Source: a virus
DNA: 64,000 bases
Virus record (IMG/VR): IMGVR_UViG_3300042549_008472
Span: 1-64,000 of that record
Direction: 5' to 3' (one strand)
How positions within the stretch are numbered: position 1 is the first letter of the stretch; each line of letters begins with the position of its first letter. Below, in pieces: positions 41,204 through 50,639 of the stretch. The notes beneath the pieces were generated by a model. The model searched no databases. It was not told the DNA's origin and saw nothing but the letters and a program-made list of their open reading frames with translations. Made by a program: the position numbers and the translations under genes.

Positions 41204-41401
41204 ATGGAAGCTTACAAAGTAAAACAAGGAACTAAAGTAGTAGTCACAGACAACTCTGTTAAAACACCACCCTCATCAATACCTGTAAATAAAGGTGACA
41301 TTATTACGATTAACAGACTTGATGGAATGTATTGTAATGGAGTAAATGAACATGGGGATAGGGTTTATGTTGCATCATGGACAGAAGTTGAAATTTATTA
41401 A
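41204..41401 (+). CDS. Small SH3-like hypothetical protein
   Basis: 65-aa beta-rich ORF. Confidence 0.45.
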   Translation: MEAYKVKQGTKVVVTDNSVKTPPSSIPVNKGDIITINRLDGMYCNGVNEHGDRVYVASWTEVEIY

Positions 41402-41417
41402 TATCTAAAAAACAACA

Positions 41418-41864
41418 ATGAAAAAATTATTATTCTTACTGTTTTCAATAACAGTAGTAGCACAAAACCAAAGTAAATTAAATGCAAATTTTCTAGTAGA
41501 CAGAACGGCTCATTTAGTTCTAGAAATTGAAGGAGTGGAGAAAAACTTATATGTAAAGGGTGCAGTGGAGTATGCTCCAAACATCAAAGGAGGCTTCTTT
41601 GTATTAGGTAGCGCATTAGGACTTAGCACTGATTTAAGACAGTATAGAATTTATACAGCACCTAAAATCCAATTCATTTTAAGAGGTGGTAATGTATATC
41701 CCTCTGCTGGATTTGAGTTAGGAATTGATAAAACTTTTAATTCAGGTTTAATTATTGGAATCAGAGGAAGTTACGACTACCGTTCTGACTTTGAATATTG
41801 GGATAAATATGCGGCAGAATGGAGACCAAGTGGATTTGTTAAAGTAGGATGGAGAATTAAATAA
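41418..41864 (+). CDS. Outer-membrane beta-barrel-like protein with signal peptide
   Basis: MKKLLFLLFSITVVAQ signal; amphipathic strands; C-terminal GFVKVGWRIK. Confidence 0.6.
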   Translation: MKKLLFLLFSITVVAQNQSKLNANFLVDRTAHLVLEIEGVEKNLYVKGAVEYAPNIKGGFFVLGSALGLSTDLRQYRIYTAPKIQFILRGGNVYPSAGFELGIDKTFNSGLIIGIRGSYDYRSDFEYWDKYAAEWRPSGFVKVGWRIK

Positions 41865-42051
41865 ATATAAAATGGATTCACTAAGATTTTGGATGTCGGA
41901 AGACTACATAAACGAGAAAAAAGAAACGGATTTAAGTCAAAATATTAAGGACTTGTTAATACTATACAGTGTTTTGTCTTTGGAAGATAAGTTAGTAGCA
42001 AAGAGAGAAATTAGAAATGCAGAAATATTTTAAAAATTTATTCAATTTTCT

Positions 42052-42083
42052 TTTGTTTTTGCCGAAAATTAATTGTACATTTG
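42052..42083 (+). promoter_or_regulatory. Bacteroidetes promoter
   Basis: TTTG-N20-TACATTTG. Confidence 0.65.
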
Positions 42084-42106
42084 TAGAAGAATTAAAAACT
42101 ATAAAA

Positions 42107-42334
42107 ATGATAAAAAGTTCAATAGAATTAATAGCAGAAAACATAGGGTTTGACATAGCTCATTCAGATGACCACACACAAGCAAATCTTTTAAATGGTT
42201 TAGGTAGAGGTTTTAAGTTATACAGACAACAAGACTTTCAAATGCAGTTGAGTTATATTTCAGGTAAGCTCAGTGTAGATGCGGAGAAGGTTATTTTAGA
42301 ATTAGCGGAATTTATAAAACTAAAAAATACATAA
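42107..42334 (+). CDS. Hypothetical protein
   Basis: Start moved downstream of the promoter. Confidence 0.5.
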   Translation: MIKSSIELIAENIGFDIAHSDDHTQANLLNGLGRGFKLYRQQDFQMQLSYISGKLSVDAEKVILELAEFIKLKNT

Positions 42335-42798
42335 TGAAAGTAAAAATTAAAAAGATTAACGAAAATGCTACAATTCCAAAACAAGCAACTGAATTAGCAG
42401 GAGGGTGGGATGTAACAGTAACAGAAATTGAACAGGTTGAAAGTGATTTGGTTATTTGCAAATTAGGATTCGCATTACAGTTACCTACAAATTACCGTCT
42501 TATTTTAGTTCCAAGAAGTAGTTTAACAAAAACTAAATGGATTTTACAGAATAGCCCTGGTCTTGGAGATGCAGATTTTCTGCAAGAATACTCTTTTAGA
42601 TTTAGGGCTTTACCTGAAGATGTCGATACTGTAGATGGGTTTGGAGGTATTGTATTAACCTACCCTAAATTTCCTTATCAAGTTGGAGATAGGATTGGGC
42701 AAGTTTATTTAGAAGAAGTTATTCATATTGAGTTTGAAGAAGTAGAAGAGTTTGATTTTGAAAATAATAGAGGAGGGTACGGAAGTACAGATAAATAA
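42334..42798 (+). CDS. dut: Trimeric dUTPase
   Basis: AGGWD, PRSS, NSPGLGDADF, GDRIGQ, RGGYGSTD. Confidence 0.9.
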   Translation: MKVKIKKINENATIPKQATELAGGWDVTVTEIEQVESDLVICKLGFALQLPTNYRLILVPRSSLTKTKWILQNSPGLGDADFLQEYSFRFRALPEDVDTVDGFGGIVLTYPKFPYQVGDRIGQVYLEEVIHIEFEEVEEFDFENNRGGYGSTDK

Positions 42799-43001
42799 TG
42801 AATATATACTATCATCCAATTTTAGGGCTTCAATACGCTATGATAGGCTCAACATTCTTAATTGATGTTGCTGTATTACCACAAGATTTTGACCTAGAGA
42901 GATTTAGAGAACAATGGTTAGAATGGCGAGATACAGAGGGAGTATCTTTTTATGACTCGGTAGAAAGTTGGATAGAAATAACTAATATAGATTTAAACTA
43001 A
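42798..43001 (+). CDS. Hypothetical protein
   Basis: Translationally coupled 67-aa ORF. Confidence 0.45.
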   Translation: MNIYYHPILGLQYAMIGSTFLIDVAVLPQDFDLERFREQWLEWRDTEGVSFYDSVESWIEITNIDLN

Positions 43002-43222
43002 TAATGAATAATTACACAATATTGATTTACTACATCTACGCTTTAGTAGTTATATGTTTGACAGGTTATGTCGTATTTATACTAGACTATTCAGGATGGT
43101 GGTTTATAATGACACTAATACTTTTAAATATTTCGCCGACAAATGAAAAAAATTAAATTTTACCTGACAATACTACCCTATATAGCACTAATAATCTTAG
43201 AAATAATACTAATAATTCACTT

Positions 43223-43427
43223 ATGGCAAAAGCTATTTTAGAATTTAATTTAGACGACTTGGAAGATAAAAGGTCTCATTTAAGATGTCACGTTATTTGA
43301 CAGTTTATTTACAATTCGCGCAAAAAAACTTGAAAACGAGGAAAAATACACAGCAGATAATGTGTTCGACCATTTTCACTCACTACTAGAAGAATACGAT
43401 ACAAACATAGACGAATTAATTAATTAA
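43223..43427 (+). pseudogene. Disrupted small phage gene (MAKAILEFNL...NIDELIN)
   Basis: Stop at 43298-43300; protein-like sequence continues in another frame to 43427. Confidence 0.35.
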
Positions 43428-43430
43428 ATT

Positions 43431-43757
43431 ATGAAAAAATTAACATTATTACTATTTCCTACAATCTTATTTGCACAGACAAGAGTAGAAGTATATGAAA
43501 CTGTAAACGGTGTGCGCAACGTACTTCCATCAAAAATCATTGAAACTCAAGGTAACACTACAACTGTCTATGAAACCAACTCAGGAGTTAAGAATTTATT
43601 TCCATCCCAAGTAATTGAGACTACAAAAACAGAAGTTAAGAGTTTTGAAGTTAAAGATGGACTTAAAACTTTATTTCCTACGCAAGTTATACCTGTTGTT
43701 GAACCACCTAAAAAAGTAGAAATTGATGTTTTTAAATTTCCAATTATTTCACAGTAA
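43431..43757 (+). CDS. Secreted protein with three internal repeats
   Basis: Signal peptide; VYETxxGVxNxxPSxxIET-like unit three times. Confidence 0.6.
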   Translation: MKKLTLLLFPTILFAQTRVEVYETVNGVRNVLPSKIIETQGNTTTVYETNSGVKNLFPSQVIETTKTEVKSFEVKDGLKTLFPTQVIPVVEPPKKVEIDVFKFPIISQ

Positions 43758-44307
43758 AGGTTTAAAGCCCGAGGATTTATATTATCTTTTGGCAATAAAA
43801 CAAATTGAAAAAGAAGTGTTAGAAAAGCTCCCTAGTGATGTTTTTATGAGATTAGAGGCACTTTCTCTCTTGACTAGTATAAAGGGGAAGAAAGGGGATA
43901 ATCCTGACTATAATATACGTTTGTCAAAGAAAGGGTTAGAATTTTTTAACACTTTGGATATTCCTGAAGTTGCTGAGGGAGATTTAAAAATGGCAGAATA
44001 TTTATTTTCAATGTACCTTAACCACGAAGATGAAGAAAGGGTTCTAGGCAATAAAAAAGCTATCACAAAATACATAGCTATTCTTAGAAATCATTTAGAC
44101 TTATCTTTACATGAATTTTTCTACCTTTGTGAATACTTCTTAGCAGAATATCCGTTCACGAAAAAGCTAGAGAATATTTTTCTAGACAAGAATAAGAACC
44201 GTTATGGAGAATTTAAAAATAATATTGATAGTTCAGTCTTATTCCAATTTTGGGAACAGAAGGAACAAGAGATAAGACAATATTTTAAAATAAAAATAAA
44301 AGATTAA
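43726..44307 (+). CDS. Hypothetical replication-associated protein
   Basis: Abuts the helicase gene; wHTH-like N-terminus. Confidence 0.45.
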   Translation: MFLNFQLFHSKGLKPEDLYYLLAIKQIEKEVLEKLPSDVFMRLEALSLLTSIKGKKGDNPDYNIRLSKKGLEFFNTLDIPEVAEGDLKMAEYLFSMYLNHEDEERVLGNKKAITKYIAILRNHLDLSLHEFFYLCEYFLAEYPFTKKLENIFLDKNKNRYGEFKNNIDSSVLFQFWEQKEQEIRQYFKIKIKD

Positions 44308-45375
44308 ATGGCATTAAAAACGGGTAAACAACTTACAGATGAAACAGTTATCACAATAGGAAAATTCCAATCAGGAGAGCTGAGACCCATTTCTACAGGA
44401 ATAGTGCATTTAGATGACAGTTTATTATCAGGGTTAACCCCAGGAATTGTCCTTGGAATAATTGGCAGGAGTCAACATGGAAAAAGCTATGATATGGAGC
44501 GTATTCAACGCCATATTTTAAAAACACAAACAGATGTAATTTATATAAACTGTAATTGGGAACTCTCTCACTTTAAACTTCTCCTAAGAGATATTTCACA
44601 ACGTACAGGGGACAACATTGGTAAAATACTTTTTGAAAAACCTACGGAGGAACAATTGGCTAAACTAAAAGAAATTTGTGATGATAATAGAACCGAGAAT
44701 GTACTATACCAAAATGAACCAGTAGATGCTGAAACTTTTAGGCAAGATATTGAAAAAGTAATATTAGAAAACCCTACAAAAAAAATAGTAGTAGCAATTG
44801 ATAATTTAGAAAACATTTTAAATACAAAAGGTTCTCAAAAAGAGTCTATGGATGCCTTGCTTTATCAAGTAAACAGACTAAAAAATATACACCCTTATAT
44901 CTGCTTTATAGTGTTGAACCAAATGAACCAAAACTATATTTTGAGAATGGATAATCCTAAAAACCAAAGACCTATTGAGAGTGATATCTACGGTTCTGAC
45001 CAACTTTTCAAACTTTGTGATGTATTATATGTAAAACTAATTCCTTGGAAGTTAGGTATAAGAGAAAAATTTATGGTTTTTGGAAAAGATATGTATCATT
45101 GGTTAGATGAACATAAGATATTTGGGAGCGGTAATACAGCAAGTTTTGACCCTTTTGGTAGAGCATTTTATTTTTATTTGAAATTAAGGTCTGTTAAGGA
45201 TGAAAAAAATATACAAGATTTATTTATAGAACAAATGTTTACAAAAGAAGAAACTAATATTCCTAGCAGTAAAAATATTATCCAAACACCTGTATTTGAA
45301 AAACCCTCTCCTGTAATTCCTAATTTCAATATGAATACAGCATTTGATATTCCCGAAGAAGACAGTCCATTTTAA
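44308..45375 (+). CDS. DnaB-like (SF4) replicative helicase
   Basis: STGIVHLD, Walker A GRSQHGKS, Walker B VVAID, LNQMN, PIESDIYGSDQL. Confidence 0.8.
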   Translation: MALKTGKQLTDETVITIGKFQSGELRPISTGIVHLDDSLLSGLTPGIVLGIIGRSQHGKSYDMERIQRHILKTQTDVIYINCNWELSHFKLLLRDISQRTGDNIGKILFEKPTEEQLAKLKEICDDNRTENVLYQNEPVDAETFRQDIEKVILENPTKKIVVAIDNLENILNTKGSQKESMDALLYQVNRLKNIHPYICFIVLNQMNQNYILRMDNPKNQRPIESDIYGSDQLFKLCDVLYVKLIPWKLGIREKFMVFGKDMYHWLDEHKIFGSGNTASFDPFGRAFYFYLKLRSVKDEKNIQDLFIEQMFTKEETNIPSSKNIIQTPVFEKPSPVIPNFNMNTAFDIPEEDSPF

Positions 45376-45475
45376 AGTCGAAAAAAGCATCGTATTAGAC
45401 TTAAGCCAAAGATGACTCAGGATGCTCGAAAGACCCGAAAAGGATTAAACCTTAGTGAAGCTGTAAGTCATCTTT
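45375..45475 (+). ncRNA. Candidate structured RNA (hairpin plus multi-stem with pseudoknot)
   Basis: AAAGATGACT/AGTCATCTTT stem; AGCATC/GATGCT complementarity; GAAA loops. Confidence 0.45.
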
Positions 45476-45479
45476 AAAA

Positions 45480-45510
45480 AGCCAGTTGATTAATTTCTTC
45501 TGGTTTTTTT
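45480..45510 (+). terminator. Intrinsic terminator
   Basis: AGCCAG...CTGGTT stem plus T tract. Confidence 0.65.
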
Positions 45511-45536
45511 GTTTTTTGAAAATAAATAATAAATCT

Positions 45537-45568
45537 TTTGCAGGTTTAAAATATAGTTTGTATATTTG
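45537..45568 (+). promoter_or_regulatory. Bacteroidetes promoter
   Basis: TTTG-N20-TATATTTG. Confidence 0.7.
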
Positions 45569-45595
45569 TGGAATAAAATAATTAAATTTTTAAAA

Positions 45596-47164
45596 ATGAG
45601 AATGAATAGTATGTTTTTAGCAGATGGTTACAAAGTTGGTCATTTTAACATGTATCAAGATGGGACTGAAGTAGTATACAGTAATTTTACTCCAAGAAGT
45701 AATAAGTATGCTCCAAAAGGCAATAATGGGAAAGTTTTAAACTTTGGACATCAGTATGCAATTAGGTTTATTGTTGAACATTTTAATGAAAATTTCTTCA
45801 ATCTAAATAAAGAAGAAGTAATTCAAGATATTAAAACAAATTTTTCTGCATACCTTGGTGTAGACTACGATACAAACCACATTTCAGAATTACATGATTT
45901 AGGGTATTTACCTATAGAAATTAGAACCTTGGATGAGGGTACAGAGTCTGCAATTAAAATTCCTATTTTATTTTTATATAATACAGACATTAGGTTTGCT
46001 TGGGTTACTAACTACATAGAAACTATTTTAAGTAATCTTTTATGGCAACCCCTTACAACGGCTACAAATGTTTTACTTATGAAACGAATTGTAAAAGAAG
46101 CAGTATTAAGAACCGACAAAGATAATGTAGGAGCTGTTGATTTTATGTTACATGATTTTTCTATGCGTGGTTTAACAGGATTAGATGCTACAATTGGTTC
46201 AGGATTAGCTTTTGCCTCTGTATCAAAAGGTTCTGATAGTCTACCTACAATTAAAGCTTCTCAGCATTATTATGATGAAACAGAAACTCCTGTCTTTTCA
46301 GTTCGGGCTAGTGAGCATTCACAAATGACTGCGGGGGGAGTAGAAGGAGAGTTTGAAATTTATAAAAACTTACTGACTAAATTTCCTAATGGAATTATGT
46401 CTTTAGTATCAGACAGTTTTGATTTATGGAGAGTTTTGACAGACTATTTACCTAAACTGAAAGATATTATCATGGCTCGTGATGGTAAATTGGTTATTCG
46501 CCCTGACTCAGGAAATCCTGTGGATATTATTTGTGGGATAAACAACTGTAAAGTTGAAAATGAACAAGTATTTAAATTTGAAAAAGAATATGTAAGAGAT
46601 AATGGAGGAAATGAAAGAGAACCAAATTGGTATTGGGAAAAGAAATCAAATGTGAAATACTCCCATTCTGAAATTAAAGGTGTCATTGAATTACTTTGGG
46701 ACGTTTTTGGAGGTACTATAAATGAGCAAGGCTTTAAAGTATTAGACTCCCATATTGGAATGATTTACGGTGAGGCTATCAACCAAGATAATATTAAACA
46801 AATCTTTGAAAGATTAGAAGCTAAAGGTTTTGCGGCAAGTAATTGTTTCTTTGGACAAGGTAGTTATTCAATGCAAATGGTAACTAGAGATACTTGGGGG
46901 ATGGCTTTAAAGTGTATTGCTCAACAAAGAAATGGTAAGATAGTTGAAATCTTTAAAGACCCTATTACAGATGACGGAATTAAAAAATCTGCAAAAGGGT
47001 TAACAGTTGTTTATAAAGATGAAAATGGAGATTATTATTTGAAAGACCAAGCCACATTAGCAGAAGTTAATTCAGAAGAAAATCAACTTAAAGTTAGATT
47101 TAAAGATGGTAAGTATTATAACCAAACAACGTTAACCAAAATCAGAGAGAGAATTACTGAATAA
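45596..47164 (+). CDS. Nampt-family protein, probably Namat (nicotinamide ADP-ribose transferase)
   Basis: LADGYKVGH, LHDFSMRG, SVRASEHS, SLVSDSFD, VIRPDSG, KDPITDDGIKKSAKG. Confidence 0.9.
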   Translation: MRMNSMFLADGYKVGHFNMYQDGTEVVYSNFTPRSNKYAPKGNNGKVLNFGHQYAIRFIVEHFNENFFNLNKEEVIQDIKTNFSAYLGVDYDTNHISELHDLGYLPIEIRTLDEGTESAIKIPILFLYNTDIRFAWVTNYIETILSNLLWQPLTTATNVLLMKRIVKEAVLRTDKDNVGAVDFMLHDFSMRGLTGLDATIGSGLAFASVSKGSDSLPTIKASQHYYDETETPVFSVRASEHSQMTAGGVEGEFEIYKNLLTKFPNGIMSLVSDSFDLWRVLTDYLPKLKDIIMARDGKLVIRPDSGNPVDIICGINNCKVENEQVFKFEKEYVRDNGGNEREPNWYWEKKSNVKYSHSEIKGVIELLWDVFGGTINEQGFKVLDSHIGMIYGEAINQDNIKQIFERLEAKGFAASNCFFGQGSYSMQMVTRDTWGMALKCIAQQRNGKIVEIFKDPITDDGIKKSAKGLTVVYKDENGDYYLKDQATLAEVNSEENQLKVRFKDGKYYNQTTLTKIRERITE

Positions 47165-47176
47165 AATGAAAGAGCT

Positions 47177-47536
47177 ATGAACAAAAGTAAGAAATTCTAC
47201 AGAGTATCAAATACAGATACTAATCAAGGATTATGGTATCACTTCGACGGAGAATTTTCAGGGTTTATTCACGACAAATTTAATTTCTGCAATAATAGCG
47301 ATTTAAAAATGGATTTTGATGAAGACCTTGTAGGATGGATTTCGGTAGTTGATAATATTGATGATTTATATCAGTGGTTTTCAAAAGACGATATCTTAAA
47401 ACTTCAAGAACACGGTTGGTACATTCACGAGTATGAATCCCAAGATTTCAGATTTTATGACAAATTTGGTCACTACATAATCAAACAGGGTACTTTTAGA
47501 CTAACAAATAAAATAATACTAGATGGAAATCACTAA
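47177..47536 (+). CDS. Conserved phage hypothetical protein within the NAD operon
   Basis: FYRV...QGLWY...LYQWF...LQEHG. Confidence 0.55.
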   Translation: MNKSKKFYRVSNTDTNQGLWYHFDGEFSGFIHDKFNFCNNSDLKMDFDEDLVGWISVVDNIDDLYQWFSKDDILKLQEHGWYIHEYESQDFRFYDKFGHYIIKQGTFRLTNKIILDGNH

Positions 47537-48350
47537 ATATCCCGACGGAAGTTCTTATGTAACTGTTCATCCCATATCAGAATTTACTTTTAGACTAAAT
47601 AATTATGAAGATGTGTGGCACTTAAATCAAACAGTGGATGCTTTAAATAATTTAGGAATTACCCCAACAGTTACAATTCCTAATCTTTTAGATGCACAAG
47701 CTGATAGAAGATTTGCTAAAAATCAAAGTAGTGGTTTAAAACTAATTTGTAAGTTTTTAAATTCTATGAAAGCTGATTTTAAAGTTTTTCACCCTCACAA
47801 CGGAGAACTTGTAGAAGGTTTAATGGACAGTGTAAAAATAATTGATAACTTTGGTTTTATAGGCAGAATTCTTTCTGAGCATTTCAATAATGGAAAAGGT
47901 ATACACGGAGAATTTCAAAACAATTTGGTTTTATTCTCAAGTGATGCAGGTGGATTTAAACCTTTAATGAAGTTAGCCGATAAATTACAATGGAAAGGAG
48001 AAGTATATGGAGCTTCTAAGTCACGAAAGTATGAAGATGGTAAATCAAAATTAGTACAAGTTGTTGACAGAGAAGATTTTAGAGGTAAGGATGTGCTGAT
48101 TATAGATGATTTAATGATAGGAGGCTCAACATTTGTAGGCTTAGCTAAAATGTTGAAGGAACGTAATTGCGGTAGATTATATTTAGCTTTGTCTCATATT
48201 ACAATAGAGTCTCCAAATGCTGAAATATGGAAACTTTTCGACAGAGTTTTTACCACTAATTCTAAAGGTTTAGATTATATTGTAACGGTAGGTAGTTATG
48301 ATAAATATGGTAAAAAACCTAAAAATCTAATAGTAGTTGATTTATTTTAA
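47523..48350 (+). CDS. PRPP-synthetase-like protein, probably Adps (ADPR-PP synthetase)
   Basis: YPDG, AQADRRF, HPH, SSDAGG, VLIIDDLMIGGSTF, FTTNS. Confidence 0.85.
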   Translation: MEITKYPDGSSYVTVHPISEFTFRLNNYEDVWHLNQTVDALNNLGITPTVTIPNLLDAQADRRFAKNQSSGLKLICKFLNSMKADFKVFHPHNGELVEGLMDSVKIIDNFGFIGRILSEHFNNGKGIHGEFQNNLVLFSSDAGGFKPLMKLADKLQWKGEVYGASKSRKYEDGKSKLVQVVDREDFRGKDVLIIDDLMIGGSTFVGLAKMLKERNCGRLYLALSHITIESPNAEIWKLFDRVFTTNSKGLDYIVTVGSYDKYGKKPKNLIVVDLF

Positions 48351-48354
48351 TTTG

Positions 48355-48382
48355 AAGCGGGGATTAATTTTCTCCGCTTTTT
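48355..48382 (+). terminator. Intrinsic terminator
   Basis: AAGCGGGGA/TCTCCGCTT stem plus T tract. Confidence 0.8.
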
Positions 48383-48383
48383 C

Positions 48384-48414
48384 TTGTTTAATATAAAAAT
48401 AACTTGTATATTTG
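48384..48414 (+). promoter_or_regulatory. Bacteroidetes promoter
   Basis: TTG-N20-TATATTTG. Confidence 0.7.
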
Positions 48415-48433
48415 TGGAATAAAATTAGAAATT

Positions 48434-48751
48434 ATGATAACACAAACAGAATATGGCTTAAAAGTAGAAGCGTTAGATTACGCCGTAAAAAGAAAAATAG
48501 TAAATGAAAAAACTATTGAAGCATATATAAACGCTTATAAATCTTGTGAAAGTAAATTCACCGTTGAAGTTATGTTAAATTACATTAGAAATGTATGGAA
48601 TCACTCCCAAGAAACTATTGAAAGAGAGGTCTCGACACATTACGCTTATTCAGGTTATGAATCTAGCAAAAGAGAACAGATTATGATGGAAAAACAACTT
48701 GAAATATCAAAAAAAATAGGAGAGGCTTTAGAAATATTTAAAACGATTTAA
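48434..48751 (+). CDS. Hypothetical protein
   Basis: Start moved to ATG downstream of the promoter. Confidence 0.5.
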   Translation: MITQTEYGLKVEALDYAVKRKIVNEKTIEAYINAYKSCESKFTVEVMLNYIRNVWNHSQETIEREVSTHYAYSGYESSKREQIMMEKQLEISKKIGEALEIFKTI

Positions 48752-48755
48752 GATT

Positions 48756-49112
48756 ATGAAAGAACAACTAGAAAAATACAGCAGAGAAACAACAGTAGGA
48801 GAGATATTAGACAGTTTGAATGAAGACTTGTCTCAATATGAAGGACAGTTTTATAAACAGTTTAAAGAAGATATTGTCTTTGGAGATTCTTTAGATGTTT
48901 TTTACATAGAAAGTTTTAAAGAAAACAGTGGAGAGTTTTATGGTAAAAGAGTTCACTTTTCTAATTGTGGGACTTGGGTTGATAGTGCGTATTCTGTTGT
49001 TTTTAATTCTTCTTCCGCGGAAAAAATAGAACACAGTGAATATATAAAATTTGTAGAAAAATCAAATAGAATTAGTGAACAAATTAAATACATTATTAGA
49101 AATGAGAAGTAA
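48756..49112 (+). CDS. Hypothetical protein
   Basis: ORF in operon. Confidence 0.5.
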   Translation: MKEQLEKYSRETTVGEILDSLNEDLSQYEGQFYKQFKEDIVFGDSLDVFYIESFKENSGEFYGKRVHFSNCGTWVDSAYSVVFNSSSAEKIEHSEYIKFVEKSNRISEQIKYIIRNEK

Positions 49113-49201
49113 GACAGCAGAAAGGATAATAGAAGAAACTCCACAAGAAACTGAGGAAAGAGTTCAAAAGTGGGCGGAATAAATTTTAAAAACAGGGGGT
49201 G

Positions 49202-49699
49202 ATGATAAAAGATAAAGTTTTATGTGCCATAATTCCAGAAGCAGTTTTTGAAGATATAAATGAAGAAGATTTGTGGATGGATTTAGAAGATTATTCATTA
49301 AAGACAAAGAATTTCTATTACAAAATAATACCTCTTATTGACCATCCACATTCTGACATAGAAAACGGGCAAAGAGAAATCCATTATCATGCTGATATGA
49401 GGTATAATGGAGAACAACCTAGCTTGGGAAAATATAAAATTCAAGTAGATTCTACTCGACCTATAAAAGGACAATTTGAAACAAGGTATTTTAATTTGAT
49501 AAGACATTCAGAAAATCATTCAGGAGGAACATCTGTGGAACGCATTAAAAATTCAAAGTTAAAGCATAAATGTATTCACAAAGGAAAATGTCCACACAGG
49601 GGTTTCGATTTGAGCAATATAAATCCTATTGATGGAGTTATAACTTGTCCACTACACAGCTTAAAATTTGATGCAAAGACTAAAAAATTGATAGAATAG
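49202..49699 (+). CDS. Rieske [2Fe-2S] domain protein
   Basis: CPHRG...CPLH Rieske ligand pair; His-rich N-terminal half. Confidence 0.8.
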   Translation: MIKDKVLCAIIPEAVFEDINEEDLWMDLEDYSLKTKNFYYKIIPLIDHPHSDIENGQREIHYHADMRYNGEQPSLGKYKIQVDSTRPIKGQFETRYFNLIRHSENHSGGTSVERIKNSKLKHKCIHKGKCPHRGFDLSNINPIDGVITCPLHSLKFDAKTKKLIE

Positions 49700-49862
49700 A
49701 TGAAAAATAAATGGATTGATGTAGAAGAATTTTTAGTTGTAAAAGAATTAAATACACTAAGAAGTAATGAAGTGCTACAGCAGATATGGCACGAGAATTG
49801 GTTAAAAGTACAAGAAATAGGAGTGGAAGAGTATTTAAAACAATTTGAAGATGAAAAATAAA

Positions 49863-50174
49863 ATGGTATTAGAAGAAATAAAACGGTTTGAGAATGCACA
49901 CAAAGAATTTACTTCTAAAATAAAGGAAGAAGAGGATAAGATACAGGTTGCAAAAAACAAAATAGATAATATTTTAAAAGAGCAAAGAGTTTACACAAAT
50001 TCATGTAAACACACTTTAGATGATGGTAGTACAGCTTTTAAGGAATCGAGGTATTGGATTTCAGATATATACACTTATACAGATAATTGGACAGGGGAAG
50101 AAGCTGAAGGAGACAATGGGCATACACAATATATTAAAACCTGCCAAATTTGTGGAAAAGAAATAGAATATTAA
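49863..50174 (+). CDS. Coiled-coil/zinc-ribbon hypothetical protein
   Basis: CKH...CQICG; start uncertain. Confidence 0.45.
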   Translation: MVLEEIKRFENAHKEFTSKIKEEEDKIQVAKNKIDNILKEQRVYTNSCKHTLDDGSTAFKESRYWISDIYTYTDNWTGEEAEGDNGHTQYIKTCQICGKEIEY

Positions 50175-50184
50175 AATTGATAGA

Positions 50185-50442
50185 ATGAAAGAAACTAAAG
50201 AACAATTAGCACTGTGGTACTATAAAAGAGATGTGGAAGGAGTTCCTTTGACACAAGATAAAATAATTCAGTCTTTTTTAGAAGGTTTTAATTCGGCGGA
50301 AAAGAAACTGCTCGATAAACTAAACCACTACAAAAGTCAACTAAAAGAGTTAACCTCTGCTAAGCTAGACAAGAGAGTAAACCAAGACAAAGTAAGAGAG
50401 TTAGAGATAAGGATAGAAACACTACAAGATTTGTTAAAATAA
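50185..50442 (+). CDS. Hypothetical protein
   Basis: Last + strand ORF before the convergence point. Confidence 0.5.
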   Translation: MKETKEQLALWYYKRDVEGVPLTQDKIIQSFLEGFNSAEKKLLDKLNHYKSQLKELTSAKLDKRVNQDKVRELEIRIETLQDLLK

Positions 50443-50470
50443 AAAAGCCCCTAAGTGGGGCTATATTTTT
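50441..50470. terminator. Bidirectional terminator at the strand convergence
   Basis: A tract-AGCCCC TAAGT GGGGCT-T-rich. Confidence 0.7.
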
Positions 50471-50636
50471 GGAGTTTAATCGCTGAAGTGAGATGGTAGC
50501 AGTCACAGTATTTACAATAGTACTTACGACCTGGCGTTAAGCCTTTCCAAACTCTATAGTCATTTACTTCAACAATTCTTCTCAGCTCATTTGAAGCCTC
50601 TTCTTCCGTATATCTTATTTTAACACATTGTTTCAT
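50451..50636 (-). CDS. Small zinc-finger protein
   Basis: C..K.RY...YYCKYCDCYHLTS. Confidence 0.55.
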   Translation of the reverse strand: MKQCVKIRYTEEEASNELRRIVEVNDYRVWKGLTPGRKYYCKYCDCYHLTSAIKLQKYSPT

Positions 50637-50639
50637 TAT

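Noticed and set aside
45408-45475. Hammerhead ribozyme
   Set aside because: GAAA is present but the CUGANGA core is absent
29-46686. Many antisense ORFs inside long genes
   Set aside because: Shadow ORFs with no motifs, promoters or protein-like composition
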